Both the position numbers and the translations under genes were made by a program. Positions 1 to 13,920 of a stretch of DNA of 64,000 bases are shown one piece after another. The stretch is taken from NCBI GenBank assembly GCA_964016885.1, contig OZ024742.1, forward strand, positions 77,314,001 through 77,378,000. The letters run 5' to 3'. Below the pieces are notes generated by a model. The model did not search any database. It saw only the letters and a list, made by a program, of their open reading frames with translations, and was not told the origin of the DNA. The stretch's first letter is position 1, and the number at the start of each line of letters is the position of its first letter. The stretch comes from Eledone cirrhosa (lineage: Eukaryota).

Positions 1-2
1 GT

Positions 3-335
3 AAAACTAGAAATGTAGTGTATAGCATAAGATGTACTGAAGGACAATCTAGAAACAAAAATATAGTGTACATAGGTGAGACAGCTCGTAGTATAGGGGA
101 ACGGATAAATGAACACTGGCGAGACCTTCTAGATAATAAAGAATCATCTGTACTCTACCAACATGCTAAGATAGAACACAAGGGTAAATTAGAGAACATA
201 GAAATAAAAATAGAATCCACACACAGAAAAGATGCAATGTTTAGGCAAATTACAGAGGCAGTAAGCATAAAAGAATTACAACCAAAATTAAATAGAAAAT
301 ATGAGTGGAACAGCAACATCACAACTTACAATTAA
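3..335 (+). pseudogene. GIY-YIG endonuclease fragment of a PLE (cut by window edge)
   Basis: KTRNVVYSIRC...YIGETARSIGERINEH...RQITEAVSI...PKLN: VVY/YIG, R..EH, E and LN motifs of PLE GIY-YIG. Confidence 0.85.
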
Positions 336-539
336 GGACAAAATGAAAACACACACACACATAGAACAAACAACCAACCAACAACATGTAAATAAATAAA
401 CAAATAGATAAATAAACACAAACATACACAGACACCCGGATGTGGCGCATGCGCAAACTGAGCACACAACACACACACAGAAACAAAATGGCGTAGGACA
501 GAAGAAAGGAAAGGCAAAGAAACAAAGAAAGGAATCCCC

Positions 540-584
540 AGTCATTGAAGAGGTCACAGAGTGTGTGACGAAAGGACTATGACT
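540..584 (+). ncRNA. Minimal type-I hammerhead ribozyme motif (core C3 mutated to T)
   Basis: agtca-TTGAAGA-g-gtcac..gtgac-GAAA-ggac-TA-tgact; sister copies have an intact CTGA(A/T)GA. Confidence 0.6.
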
Positions 585-809
585 ATATATAAACAACTAT
601 CTGGTTGTGGAACCAACCAACCAACCAGAAATTTATAAGTTTGTAAATTTGTAAATTTATAAATTTATAAATATATAATAAATTGAAGTGAAAGCAACTG
701 GTGCGTGTGTTTCTTATTGGCAACATGACCCTCCCAAAGTATAACAATATCGGTTTCAACACACGATTTCAGATAAAGAATCTTGCTAAACAAATTCAGA
801 AACGAAATA

Positions 810-840
<31 letters not shown>

Positions 841-1894
841 CATATACATACAAACATATATATATATGAATGTGTGTATATTTGCATGTGTCAGTGTAAG
901 CACATTCACATACAAACACACGCACACACAGGCAAATACTAGATTATATTTGTGTATTTATGATAATACTAATACACATGTTGTAACATGCTGATTTGAT
1001 GGTTTGAGCTTTCACTTCTAAAGTTTTATACCTTGACTGTATACATAAGTACAAGCATATATATATAACTTCCCCAAATACAAGGAACACTCACACACAC
1101 ATTTTTATATGTATATACATATATATATGTGTGTGTATGCACAGGTGTGTAAAAAATGCGTGTGTAAATATGTATCCAATCTAATCCAATCCAGGGCCTA
1201 TTCACACATGCTGGAGGAATCCCTCACTGGTTGACCTCCACCACTTTCTCTTTGAATTTCGGCATGTGAGGGGTGTAGCTGAACTCACCACACTTGGTCA
1301 ATAGCGTCTTGGTGAGGGTTTCTAACCCATAACTGAGCTGGATGACTGTTGACTCTAACGAGACCATTCGCCCTTTTAACAGATTTTATGCTGATGGGGT
1401 TCCTCTTTCCTTTCTCACAAGACCCTGTTCTGGAGGGTAAGCTGGTTTAGTAGCCGACTAATCGAACATGAAGCAGCTTGTACATAGTATGAGTAATAGA
1501 TATAGATATATAAATGCAAATTGTATTATATGTATGTGCTTTGGTGATTCATTATTTTATGTGCACGTGTATTTGTATATAAGTATGCTGTGAACGTACA
1601 TATTTCTATAATTTGAACATGCGAATATGTCATTCGCAAAAATACTGAATAGTTCGGTTGATGAAGTTGGCTGACGATAACTGGTGTTGGATGAATGCCA
1701 AATATCGAAATCCAGCTAGGATTAGACGTATACAATTTTATTCTAACTGAATTGAAATTGCCATTCTAGAACCTGTTTTATACAATACCTTCACTTCTTT
1801 ACCACTCCTAACTGTGAAACTGGACGGAATATAATACTTGATAATATCTCTACCATATTACCAAATGCAACCCAATAGACATATCAGTTATACA

Positions 1895-1931
<37 letters not shown>

Positions 1932-3496
1932 CATGTGTGTGTGTGTGTGTGTGTACATACATATATATGTTTATATTAGTACATGACACATATCCTTCGT
2001 TTTAATAGTCACAAAAAATTATAGCTTTTTTTATTTATTTATTATAGTAATTCAGAAATGGAGATTAGATTGTTTGGAGGCGGAGAATAAAATCGAACTT
2101 CTATTGCTCATTGTGTTTATTGAGTCTTATCTAAAGAAAGCTGTTTATATAACCATTAACGTTGAGTTACTTTGAATTGTAATTGGATACCACCATGCCG
2201 ATCACGTTAGCACTTCTTCGAAGTATATTTGATTGCATAAGGTAATCCGTTTGTCAAATACTATTATCACGGCGTAATGCTCTATAACTTCATTGTTTGG
2301 TTTAGGATACTAATGTAGCAACGTAACAATGGCTGCCAAACAAAGACTCCAAGGCGATGTGTACAAGTTTTCCTGCGTCGCATGCTGGAAAATTATAATT
2401 TTTTGGTTTGGACTTATTTACTATTTTTCTTTTATTTATATTTTTCTGAAGAATGGGTGTATATTTGTATAAAATATCAGAAATTACCCTTTAATTGAAC
2501 GAATATATGGCATAGCTGTCTGATATATGCCGACAGAAGTATCGTTCCTTTTTATCGATAAAATCGTTTATTCTTCTGAAAATGCTATCTTAAAACATAA
2601 TATATACACATACATATATACACATATACGGACATTTTTAGATTTCTGATTATATATGTTGTAGTGAAAGTGTGTTGGTGTGGGATGTGAGAGGAGTGTA
2701 ATGAAAGAAAATCTTCCTTAAATGTCGAAGCCCAATTTTAGGTTATTCACAAACGATATGAATTAAAGTTACTTCAATATTCACGCACACTAAATTGTTA
2801 AATGTTAAATTTATACATTTCATGAATAATGGTAAAATTCAGACAAAAATGCTGGTGGCAATATACGTACATATATGGAACATTTTAGAGATAATAGAGA
2901 TGCCTTCAATGTTATCATTTATCGCTGTTCATTAATGTTATCATATGTCGATGCAACCAGTGATGGCTTGTGTAGCCACATAGCCACATGTTTAGTTGGA
3001 ATTATATTGGCTGCTGTAGGAATGTGAAATAAATATTAAACACGAAGTAGGCTGAAAAGAAAGATGTGGTATTGGTAGAATTTAAACTATAAATATAAAC
3101 AAACCCGATTAACGTTTTAAGGCAGGATTTCACAATTTCTGCAAATCTATTTCCGTAATGCTGACATACAATAAAATCAGCCTAATTACCATAATAACAG
3201 TGTGTTGTATATCAATATGAGAGAAGGTAAGGTAGAACAGGTTTCTTCTTGTCAACGGTAATCTGTTGGGCTTCAAAATCATGTACACGCACCACCAATA
3301 GATGTTTCTTAGACTTATTCATACATACATACTTTCATATATATATAGATATATATATACATATATATACATACACACACACACACATATATATATATAT
3401 TTAGAAGTGTGTATTTATATATTTAATTATTATTATTTTAATTACCCCTGTCATTTTCGTTCTACTAATTTATTTACATTATTGTTAACTCCGTAG

Positions 3497-3630
3497 AGTT
3501 ACGGCGCTTGCCATTCTGAGTTCAAATTCCGCCGAGGTTAACTTTGCTTTTCATCCTTACGGGGTCGATAATATAAAGTACCAGTAATGCACTGAGTAAT
3601 TGGCTGGCCTTGTGCCAAAAGCAGAAACAA
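3497..3630 (+). mobile_element. 5'-truncated tRNA-derived SINE (family S1)
   Basis: gagttcaaattcc B-box and ctttcatccttacggggtcgataa core; flanked by attattg(t/c)taactccgtag direct repeats (TSD). Confidence 0.8.
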
Positions 3631-3887
3631 TTATTGCTAACTCCGTAGCCGAGAATCATTCGGTTTCCTAAATAGAATAGTAGTCTACGACTCCATTTAT
3701 ACCATAAACGTGGTTTTGTCTTTGATTGTATTTGTTCTCACGATCCACATAACGACGTATTATCCTCGCTTTGTTTCCGTTCATTGTCAGGGAACGTCTT
3801 CACGAACCAACGAATCGTCTTCCTGTTTTCCTTCGGTTGCAACGGTTTTCGAAATATGTACCTCTGCGTTTACAGATTTATTTGTTT

Positions 3888-3938
3888 AGTTTCAGAAGAT
3901 CCCGTTAAGGGTGAAAGCAGCGATTCTTTGCTTAAACT
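3888..3938 (+). ncRNA. Type-I hammerhead-like motif with variant core CAGAAGA
   Basis: agttt-CAGAAGA-t-ccc gttaa ggg-t-GAAA-gca..tgc-TT-aaact; all three helices pair; related sequence at 23961-24050. Confidence 0.55.
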
Positions 3939-3967
3939 TTAATCTGTTATTTTATTTTAATATATAT

Positions 3968-4161
3968 ATAGGAACGAGTAGGACCCCGACTGCTGAGCTC
4001 AAGCCGTTTCGACGGCTAATTCTGGTCTCAGAATTAGCCGTCGAAACAGCTTGAGCTCAGCCGTCGGGGTCCTACTCGTTCCTATTACCCACTCTACTAC
4101 CCTAAGTATTGAGTACTTTGGTGCGTTATTGTCCACCTGTTTCCTTACCACATTTCCTTCG

Positions 4162-4163
<2 letters not shown>
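3968..4163 (+). mobile_element. Short foldback element (family H): ~118-bp palindrome plus ~78-nt tail, in (TA)n; contains the 3' half of an HHR
   Basis: Palindrome 3968-4085; homologues at 9779-9982 and 36156-36349. Confidence 0.75.
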
Positions 4164-4203
<40 letters not shown>

Positions 4204-6599
4204 TACATGCTTACAGACATACATACATGTATGCAAACATACGTGCATACATATGAACATATATACAGAAAGACATAAATAAATAGATTCATAGAATACA
4301 TAATATGCATATACATTATTTGAATATAGGCTTGGAAGTTCGAAGAAAACCATTCGAAATCGGATCCAGCAAAAGCTTCATTTAATTTAATACACACGTT
4401 CATATAACATGCATATACAAGCATACATACAATGCAATCTCTGTCATACATGCATACACATTCATCAATGCCATATAATTCAATGTCAGGTACACTCAAA
4501 ACATGGGCGCAAATTCATATACATACGTATATCGGCACGATAGTTCACACATATTCACAAATCACTTGAACTCTCATAATTAAAACAAAATTATTCTCAA
4601 ATTATTAGTCCTTGGCTTGGATTATTAAAATATATTAAATCTCCGAAGAAAAAACATATTTGCATACATATATACATATATACAATTATACATATGTTCA
4701 TATATTGATACATGGACATATACATATATAGATTAATAGAAACATAAGTACATAGATACATACATACAAATATATTAATACATGTGTGTGGTTACTAAGA
4801 ATTTCTAGCATTTATCTGTCAACTACGACAATATCACTATATACACATGCGCTGACCATTCACGGCTGAGGTTTTTACAGTTAGTGTTTCCGAAAGAAAC
4901 TCTTACAAACAACCTTCGTGATAAGTCACATAATGGTCGGAAGATTAACAGCATTGTTACACTATCGGAAAAAAACGGTCCATAATATTGGCCACGGCGT
5001 TCTACGGTGCACCCAAACACTTATTTAACTTTAATTCACCTAATGTCGGATTTAAAGGCACTCATATTCCCACTAAACTCTGGTATTTTACACCAGTTAA
5101 AAATAATGAATTTGTCCACCAATACACTTACTCAAAACAATTAAGATGTCATTGAGGTCACTGTATTTGCGTTATATGAACATGAGTAGCTTTGGCAATT
5201 AAACACCATGGAAGAAACATACATTTGTCGAAAGCAAAATGGTATTGTAGCATAAATTTTAATCATACAGTGTTATCAATAGAGCTTTCCTAGGTATAAA
5301 GTTACTTTCTGGCTATGCAGTCAGTCTCCAAGTAATGGAATGACATTTACCCAAGACGTCTCGAAACCGCAAAGTGAATGGAGTCGATCGTACCCAGCAT
5401 CGGTTTAGCCATACGTAAGTAAATAGCAGCAAAATGTAGTACGGCAGTAAGCGACGCTATCATAAGAGTGTGATTAGTAGTGATAAGGAACATAGCTAAA
5501 ACGATTAGCGTTTAAGCTTCAAATATGACAAATCCAATGAAAGCACGGAAGTCTTCTATCAATATTTCCTGCAAAGTTTATACAATATTCGTCGAAAGGA
5601 TACAATGTCATTAATGCAAGTCATATAACAAAATAGAATGAAGAGTAAATACAGAGCCGCAAACCGACAGATCTATCACCGTCAACTAAACTGGAGCAAA
5701 AGAAATAAAATCATGATCCTTGTAGGAAACCTACTGTATACATATGACGGCACGATATTCATTCATACGCAACTTCATACACGTAAATGCCTTCTATTGC
5801 ATTGGTCTGAAGATAAATATCAACAACACTATTGCTATTCAAGACAAGCTTGAAGAAAATATCTGATATTATGTCATTAATCATAAACTTGTAGAAATGT
5901 TTACATGCTTCTAAACACAATAGCAAAACACTGTCACATTGACAGTAGGCTACAAAACAAGTTAGCAAAACCAAATACGGAATTTGAATCAAGTGCAGCA
6001 TATAACATCGCGTAATCATTTAATTAAATACAATAGTCGAAATTTGATAAAATCACATTTAAAAAAATATCCCTTAGATACGAAGACATCAAGGAAGATC
6101 TTTATATGGAACTAAGGATCAAACTTAATTATCGGAGAAATATAAATCTTCAACTATTGCGTTTCTGGCTAATATTTCTATTGTAACATTGTAGTTTCTA
6201 TGAACATTGTTTTAGTATATGATAAACCTTCGGAAATAATATTGAAGAGATCAGAGCTCAACTGTTATGAATACACTATATTTATCACATATTTTGGGAC
6301 AGAATATTTTTCTCAATTTCCGTAATTTACGGTCGACAGATGGATTAACACAACCAATTTCATATCTATTCGACATAGCATTTTTTCAAACAAAATCTAG
6401 AGAGTGACACCAATTTTGATGGTAGGGGAAACTTGATTAAATCGACCCCAGTAAGTTGCTGGTGCTTTATTTTATAGATCCTGTAATGAATCGTAAAGTT
6501 ATCCTCGTCGGCGTTTTAAAGTTAGAAGTGGATAACTTTAGTGAAAAAAATATTTTGAGCTAATTTAAACAGGACCCCACTTGTGCCAGGTTTTTACTC

Positions 6600-7400
6600 A
6601 ACATATATATGATCTATCGCATGAGATGAAGGTTGCATTCATTAGATCTGTTTGGCATGGTGCATATCTGTGTCACATCAATCAAAGCAGCGAGTAGAAG
6701 CATCATCTGCTGTTAAAACCTTGGCTAAAAGTTTAAGCTCTGCGTTTAGCAGTGTTATGGGCCTTAAATTGTTAATGTGGTATTTACTGTTCTGCTTCTT
6801 TCTCAGTAGCGCTATTGTTCCTAGATTGATGGAGCTGGTGACTCTCAGGTTCTGCTGCCAATTTTGGAAGTCATCTGCCATCAGCTTGCCGAACACCTTT
6901 GTTGTGTAAGTTTAAATCTCGTAGAGTAGACCATCTAAGCAGAGCAATTTGCCCCTCGTGCAGCCAAACACCACATTCCTTATTTCAATTATTCTTTTCG
7001 GTTTTCACATCAATGCATTGGCTAGAATTACGTCTCACAACCAAGGTAGGCATTGGCGTCCAGTCCCTGATCCAGTCCGCCAGTCGTCCCGAACAATCGA
7101 TAAAAGAGGAAGTAAAGTACTACTTCAATGTATTTGGAATAAAATATCACGTGCTGCTCATTGTCCGGCAAAAACAAAACTTTTGGATTTGTTGCAACGC
7201 AGCGCCTCTAACAGACTGGCTTTCATTACATCGTATCTTAGAATGGCCTCAAATGGCCTTCATTACATCGTATCTTAGAGCACGCGCCTTTAGTTTTGAT
7301 AACACAACCAGCTTCTTTGTGATTGACAAATTGGCCAAGGCCTCATTTCGCGTCAGGCACCTCGGTTGCGATATTTATCCCTGATGCCTAATATAGGTTC
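6600..7400 (-). pseudogene. Degenerate Tx1/L1-like LINE reverse transcriptase fragment
   Basis: IALLRKK...NNLRPITLLNAELKLLAKVL in ORF 6678..6896; boundaries approximate. Confidence 0.55.
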
Positions 7401-8064
7401 CAGGTTAGTTCTCCGTCTACTTTACTTTTTCGAAACCTTATGGATTCCATTGTAATGGCAGTTTTATGTGAGATAAAAGTGTGGACGATTGTGCCCATCA
7501 TAGATCACTTACGTAAGTTACAAATCTGGATTTCGTAGACTTGGCTCAACTGGACCTATGGCCATACAAATGTAGCACATGATGGACTTAAACGTTTAGA
7601 CCATAGAAATGTTGGGTCCACTAATAGTTACTACTTCTATGTCTAGTCATCTAACGACGTCAAGCAAATAATAATGATTTCAATGTCAATCCAGAACATT
7701 TTTCTGATTCTTTGTCTTTCAATAAGCTTGAACAAAAAGGCTTTACAAGTTCTTGTACCCAAAGTTATAAATGTGGATTTTGTAATGCCTAATATGGTTC
7801 GTTGTTTCAACTTCACTATCCTTGGACGTTCTGATACTCTATTGCCTCTCGTCATCTTTTAGTCCAAACACCATAGCATTTCTCGGCACCTCCGCTTATA
7901 ACATCCTGTGAAGGTAAGCATAACACAATAGTATATTGTATATGCTACGCCGCACACCCATCATCTTTATCTTTAATGCTCAAACAATGTTATCGCCCCT
8001 ACCATAAAAGATGTACACTAATATATATTGTTATATATTGTTGTATATGCATATATGAAACAAA

Positions 8065-8168
<104 letters not shown>

Positions 8169-9054
8169 TTATACGTGCATATACGCGCATCAACATCTGA
8201 GTATTTGCGTATTCAATATATTCAAAGTAATATGTACGGAACATATCTTATTGACGTTGCGAGCAATGCGAACAAACTACACGAAACGTATTTTCAAAAC
8301 TTATTTCCGTGTATTAGTAGATTCGTTAGATGGTCGAACGTATGTTTTTCTCGAAGCTTTGCAGCTCTTTACATTCTGAGTTCAAATATATCTGGTCTAC
8401 ATAAGCTTATGTCCTTCAAAGGACGATAAAGTACAGCACTCCTTTTCATAGACTGTTGGAATGCGTATGTAAATTCCACACGTTATATTGGGCATTGTTT
8501 GTATTGTTGTATGATGCCAATGTTATATCCTTGAAATTCATTGATCTTTGACTGGAAATAACAGCCAAATCGCTCACAAATCTCACTCATCCCGGTAAAA
8601 AAGAAAGGACATATTCAATAAAATTATTCAATTTGTCTGGAAATCGATTAGGCTTCATGTTATTGAAATGTTGCACGCCCAAGGTTGATGTAACGCTAAC
8701 TAATTAACAACAGCAATACCTACACACAAACAGCTACTAAAAGCATGCTATATACTTGTCATAATTTCAAAGGAAATGCCAATTAAGTCAACATGCATTC
8801 TACATCTCGCAATGCCAATAATAGCTTTCACGCAATACTGCCAATACTGAACCAACACTAACACCAGGAAAATAAACAAAAACACTCATGAACACTAACA
8901 TATTATATAGATAGGATAAGAATCCACGGAAATATATGTTTCACATACTTCAGTAAATTGGAGATACAGCTGCACGGAAAGAGATTACATGGCAATTATG
9001 AAACATATAGTAGTAGTAATATCAATAATAACAAGAAAATCAACAAAAATGTCA

Positions 9055-9152
9055 ATAATAATAATAATAATGATAATAACAATAATGATAATAATAATAA
9101 TAATAATAATGATAATAACAATAATGATAATAATAATAATAATAATAACAAC
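9055..9152. repeat. (AAT)n/(GAT)/(AAC) trinucleotide microsatellite
   Basis: Direct reading. Confidence 0.9.
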
Positions 9153-9687
9153 AATGTTAATAAACGTAATCATAAGTATTATTATGATCGAATAAAATAA
9201 GCCATCGAGAACACGTAACTTTTGATTAGCATCACGGACACAATTATCGATTTGCGAAGACAGAATATGTGCCATAGGCATAGGCTCTTACAATAAAACA
9301 AGTTCCGTGAGGTATTGTTGGCTAGTAATAGATATTTCGTTAGGTAAGTGCAATGTTGCTTCCTGTCCAGTTACTAGTATTGGAAACAAAGGAAAATTAA
9401 CTTTTATAACAAATCGAATACCAATCGAATTTCATTGAATGATATTTGTGTCCTTGGTGGCCTTGTGGACTAAAGCCAATTTACAATGAAGGAGAATAAA
9501 CTCATACAAATACAAAAACATGGACAGATAAATATACTCACTGTGTATATGCGTATATATATATATATATATACACACACACTCGCGCGCACACACACAC
9601 ATATATATATATACATATATATATATTTGTGTGTGTATGTATATATATAAGTATATATATGTATACATATATATATATATGTGTGTG

Positions 9688-9778
<91 letters not shown>

Positions 9779-9780
<2 letters not shown>

Positions 9781-9978
9781 CGAAGGAAATGTGGTAAGGA
9801 ACCAGGTGGACCATAACGCACCAAAGTACTCAATACTTGGGGTAGTAGAGTGGGTAATAGGAACCAGTAAGACCCCCGACAGCTGAGCTCAAGCCGTTTC
9901 GACGGCTAATTCTGGACGGCTAATTCCAGATTTAGCCGTCGAAACGGCTTGAGCTCAGCTGTCGGGGTCTTACTGGTT

Positions 9979-9982
<4 letters not shown>
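9779..9982 (-). mobile_element. Foldback element family H copy
   Basis: Reverse-complement homologue of 3968-4163, flanked by (TA)n. Confidence 0.75.
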
Positions 9983-10019
<37 letters not shown>

Positions 10020-10022
<3 letters not shown>

Positions 10023-10452
10023 GATATATCTACCAAGAGTTTACGGTAGTGTCCAATCCGTATGAAGAACTCAATGTAATCCGGATATCATGGAAAGAAG
10101 AGATGCAATGAAAAATCACTTGCGGTGAAAGATAAACGGAGTACAGAGTCAAGATAAAATATTAAAAAAATAATGAATAAAACAATGAAACAGTTCCTTA
10201 TATTAAACAAAAAAAGTTCATTATTTAACGATCATTATTTCTGAAGACGGCATATATATGAGTTGGTATGTATATTTAATTTTGATAGTTTGTATAATTT
10301 TGTATAATTTTGTACATAGATCTGTTAAATATACATTAAATATACATTAAATACACATATATATCCCAGAAACGATCGTTAAATAATGAACTTTTTTTGT
10401 TTAATATAAGAAACTGTTTCATTGTTTTATTCATTATTTTTTTAATATTTTA
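10020..10452. mobile_element. Short PLE-type insertion with inverted arms (family B) in (TA)n
   Basis: 10154-10233 is inverted relative to 10374-10452; second copy at 56826-57210. Confidence 0.7.
10234..10387 (+). ncRNA. Type-I hammerhead ribozyme with long helix II
   Basis: attattt-CTGAAGA-[~120 nt]-GAAA-cgatcg-TT-aaataat; 7-bp helix I, palindromic helix III. Confidence 0.7.
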
Positions 10453-10474
10453 TATATATATATATATATATATC

Positions 10475-12300
10475 TTTGATAACTTTGATAGGTTTCGGCC
10501 AGTATTAGCCCAGGCCATCTCTAACTTAATAGCATCACCTGGCGAAGTCTTACAAATCAGTGTTTGGGCACCATGGCCCACTCGAGCGGAGAGTTATTGT
10601 TTACGGAGTCATATCCGGGTGTAGGAGGCTTATCCGGGATTTCTTGAAGAAATTTATCCAAAGTCTTCTTGAACTTGATGGGGTCTGTCTCTGCTTTGAT
10701 GTGTCTGGGTGTAATGTTAAAGAGTGCAGGGCCAATTGAGATGAAATAATTGTGCCGTATGTTATTGTGTGATGCGAGTGAGATTTTTGTCGTGGGCGGA
10801 TAGCACGGGGACCAAGCCTTGGGTGTACACTAAAGGTGATGCCAACATCATTTGGGCAAAGCTGATGGAATATTTTCCATATCATACAGATAATGTAGCG
10901 CTCACGGCGACGTTGGAGAAAATAAAGTTTGAGCTTTTCTAATCGACTTTTAGACAAGGCCTGTCATGCCATCTATCTTTTTTGTAATTGACCTTTGGGC
11001 TGCTTCAATTTTCATGATACTTTGTTTCGTGTGGGGTGACCACAGTGGACAACAGTATTCAAGGTGGGGTCAGGCAAAAGTGAAGAAGAGAAGGATAACA
11101 GTGTGGATATCTCTCGACAGGAAAGTTCTTAGAATCCAGGAACACAGTCTGCGCGCCATATCAACTTTGCTGTTTATATGAGTGGCCCAGCTTATGTTGT
11201 TGTTCACAATTTCTACCAGGTCTCTGATGTTATTGGATGCCACTAGAGTTTCACCTGAAGGAAGAGAGTATGGTATTTTCAGGGCATCCTTTTTTCCAAA
11301 GTGGATAATTCAAAATTATCTTCATTCAACAGCATATTATTTATTTATGCCCATTGGATAACAGCCAGTAGTTCTGACTGAAAGCAAATCCGGTCACCCA
11401 CCACATTGATGACCCTTTGGAGCTTGGAATCCTCTGCCAAGATTCTGATGTTGCTGTGCTTCATGATGTCAGTAATGTCATTAATGTAGATGATGAAAAG
11501 AAGTGGGCCCAACACAGTGCCTTGTGGGACGCCACTGCTGATTTTGACAGGGCTTGATTTTACTCCTTCGACTACAACATGCTGGGTTCTGCCTGTCAGG
11601 AAACATTTGATCCACTGAAGTAACCTTCCAGACACCATCATTCGATAGTTTTTTCAGTAGAATCTTATGATCAACCTGTCGAAGGCCTTGCTGAAGTCAA
11701 GGCAGATGACATCAGTGTTAGAGCCCTCACTGGAGGCCCTCGAAACATCGTCAAAGTGATGCAGGAGCTGTTTTAGGCAGTCCCTTCCATTACGGAAGCC
11801 ATGTTGGTTGGAGTACAGCAGGCCGCTGCTTTCAAGAAAGTGGGTTATTCGTGATCTCACCACCCTCTCAAATACCTTGATAATATGAGAGGTGAGTGAG
11901 ATCGGACGGTAGTTCACTGCAAGGGACTTATTTCCCTTATTGAAGACTGGGACAACGGAAAGGGTCAGAAAGTTTTCAGGAATATAGCCAGTGCCCAATG
12001 AGTTCCTCCACAGATTAGCAAGAGGAGATGCAAGTTGGTGTCGACACACCTCAAGGACGCAAGCAGGAAACCTGTCGGGGCCTACTGCTGAATTGTGTTT
12101 AATTTCGTTTATTGCCGCTAAGACATCAGGGATGCCAAAAGTTATGTCTGATATAGTGTTTTGGGGATTAACATCATCGATACGCCCAGATCGGCAATAT
12201 CAGGATTGCAGAAAACAGAGCAGTATTGAGTTTGCAGTATCTCGCCCATGGTTTTGGCATTGTCCTGGCATTGTCCTAGCGAGCCAATAGTGGAGACGGT
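10475..12300 (-). mobile_element. 5'-truncated CR1-group LINE (RT pseudogene plus 3' UTR)
   Basis: NYRPISLTSHIIKVFE, QHGFR, DVICLDFSKAFD, SGVPQGTVLGPLLFIIYIND, LQRRRERY across frameshifted ORFs; 3' tatcaaag repeat tail. Confidence 0.9.
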
Positions 12301-12409
12301 GACCTTGTGTTCTTTAGCAAATGAAAAGAAAACCTATTGCCACAACCACCACCAATACCGTGACCACCGCTGCCACCACGACCACCGCCACTGCCTCCGC
12401 CAAGAACAC

Positions 12410-12962
<553 letters not shown>

Positions 12963-13170
12963 GTATATATATATACACATATATATATATACACATATAT
13001 ATATATACGTTTTTATATACATATATATGTATATATATATATATATGTAGGAGGTGAGTTTTATTGTAGCACAATAAAGCAATGCAAATATCGGATAAGT
13101 AGCACTCAACAAGTTATAGGACTGGAGTATAAATAATATAAAATCAAAAGATGGTTAAAAGAGTTACATT

Positions 13171-13240
13171 TATTTTATTATGCGCATTTCAAATACAAAT
13201 ATCATCATGAGATGATATTGCGTCGTCATCAGATAAAATA
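13171..13240 (-). ncRNA. Type-I hammerhead ribozyme
   Basis: Reverse complement: tattttat-CTGATGA-hairpin-GAAA-tgcgca-TA-ataaaata; perfect 8-bp helix I, palindromic helix III. Confidence 0.8.
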
Positions 13241-13472
13241 GGGAGACATGATATGAAGCTTAAAAAACACTTGCGAGCAGTGAAGTGTCAAATGAACATA
13301 TGAGAAATAAAATTAGAGGGATATATGAGATTGGAAAAAAGGAAAGGAAGGGGGAACGAAAAGGTAAAGAAGAGGGAGAAAAATATAGATACAAGAAAAA
13401 AGATATAATAATAAGGAAAGGATGACGGAGGAGGAGTATAAGAAGGAAGAATGAGAGAGGAGGAGAAAATGA

Positions 13473-13547
<75 letters not shown>

Positions 13548-13920
13548 CCTTTAATTCTCACAGAGAAAAATTTTAAAAACCGTTGTAAGATAATACATAA
13601 TTTATATAAATTAAGAAATTAAAAGTTAAAGAGGTTTATGAATGGTGATGCTTATGATTAAAAAAAGGAATTAAGAATACTATTTATTTAAGGTTTATAT
13701 ATTGAAGAGATGTGCGAAAAGGAATTTATTAAAATGTATTATTAAAATAAAATATATTAAGAAGATAAGGTGAATGAAGAAAAGGTTAAAAGAATTATGA
13801 ACTTAGAGGAATTAATTAGGGTCCGAGTTTGTTTCTTTATATTGTAATAGGAAAAAGTAAATAATAGATTTAATACGAGCATGGAAAGAGAGAAGAAAGA
13901 AAAAATTTAAGGAAGAAAAA

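Larger units (their letters stand above)
1..808 (+). mobile_element. Penelope-like retroelement (family A, Neptune-like) 3' portion: GIY-YIG C-terminus plus 3' UTR/pLTR ending in (TA)n
   Basis: GIY-YIG ORF followed by a UTR shared with copies at 22755-23703, 45454-46107 and 46998-47782; ends ...aattcagaaacgaaa then (TA)n. Confidence 0.85.

Noticed and set aside
4840-5900. Possible degraded DNA transposon
   Set aside because: No recognisable transposase motif or terminal inverted repeats.
10478-10530. ggcc...ggcc-GAAA stem-loop on the minus strand
   Set aside because: No CTGANGA core; better explained as the CR1-group LINE 3' stem-loop.
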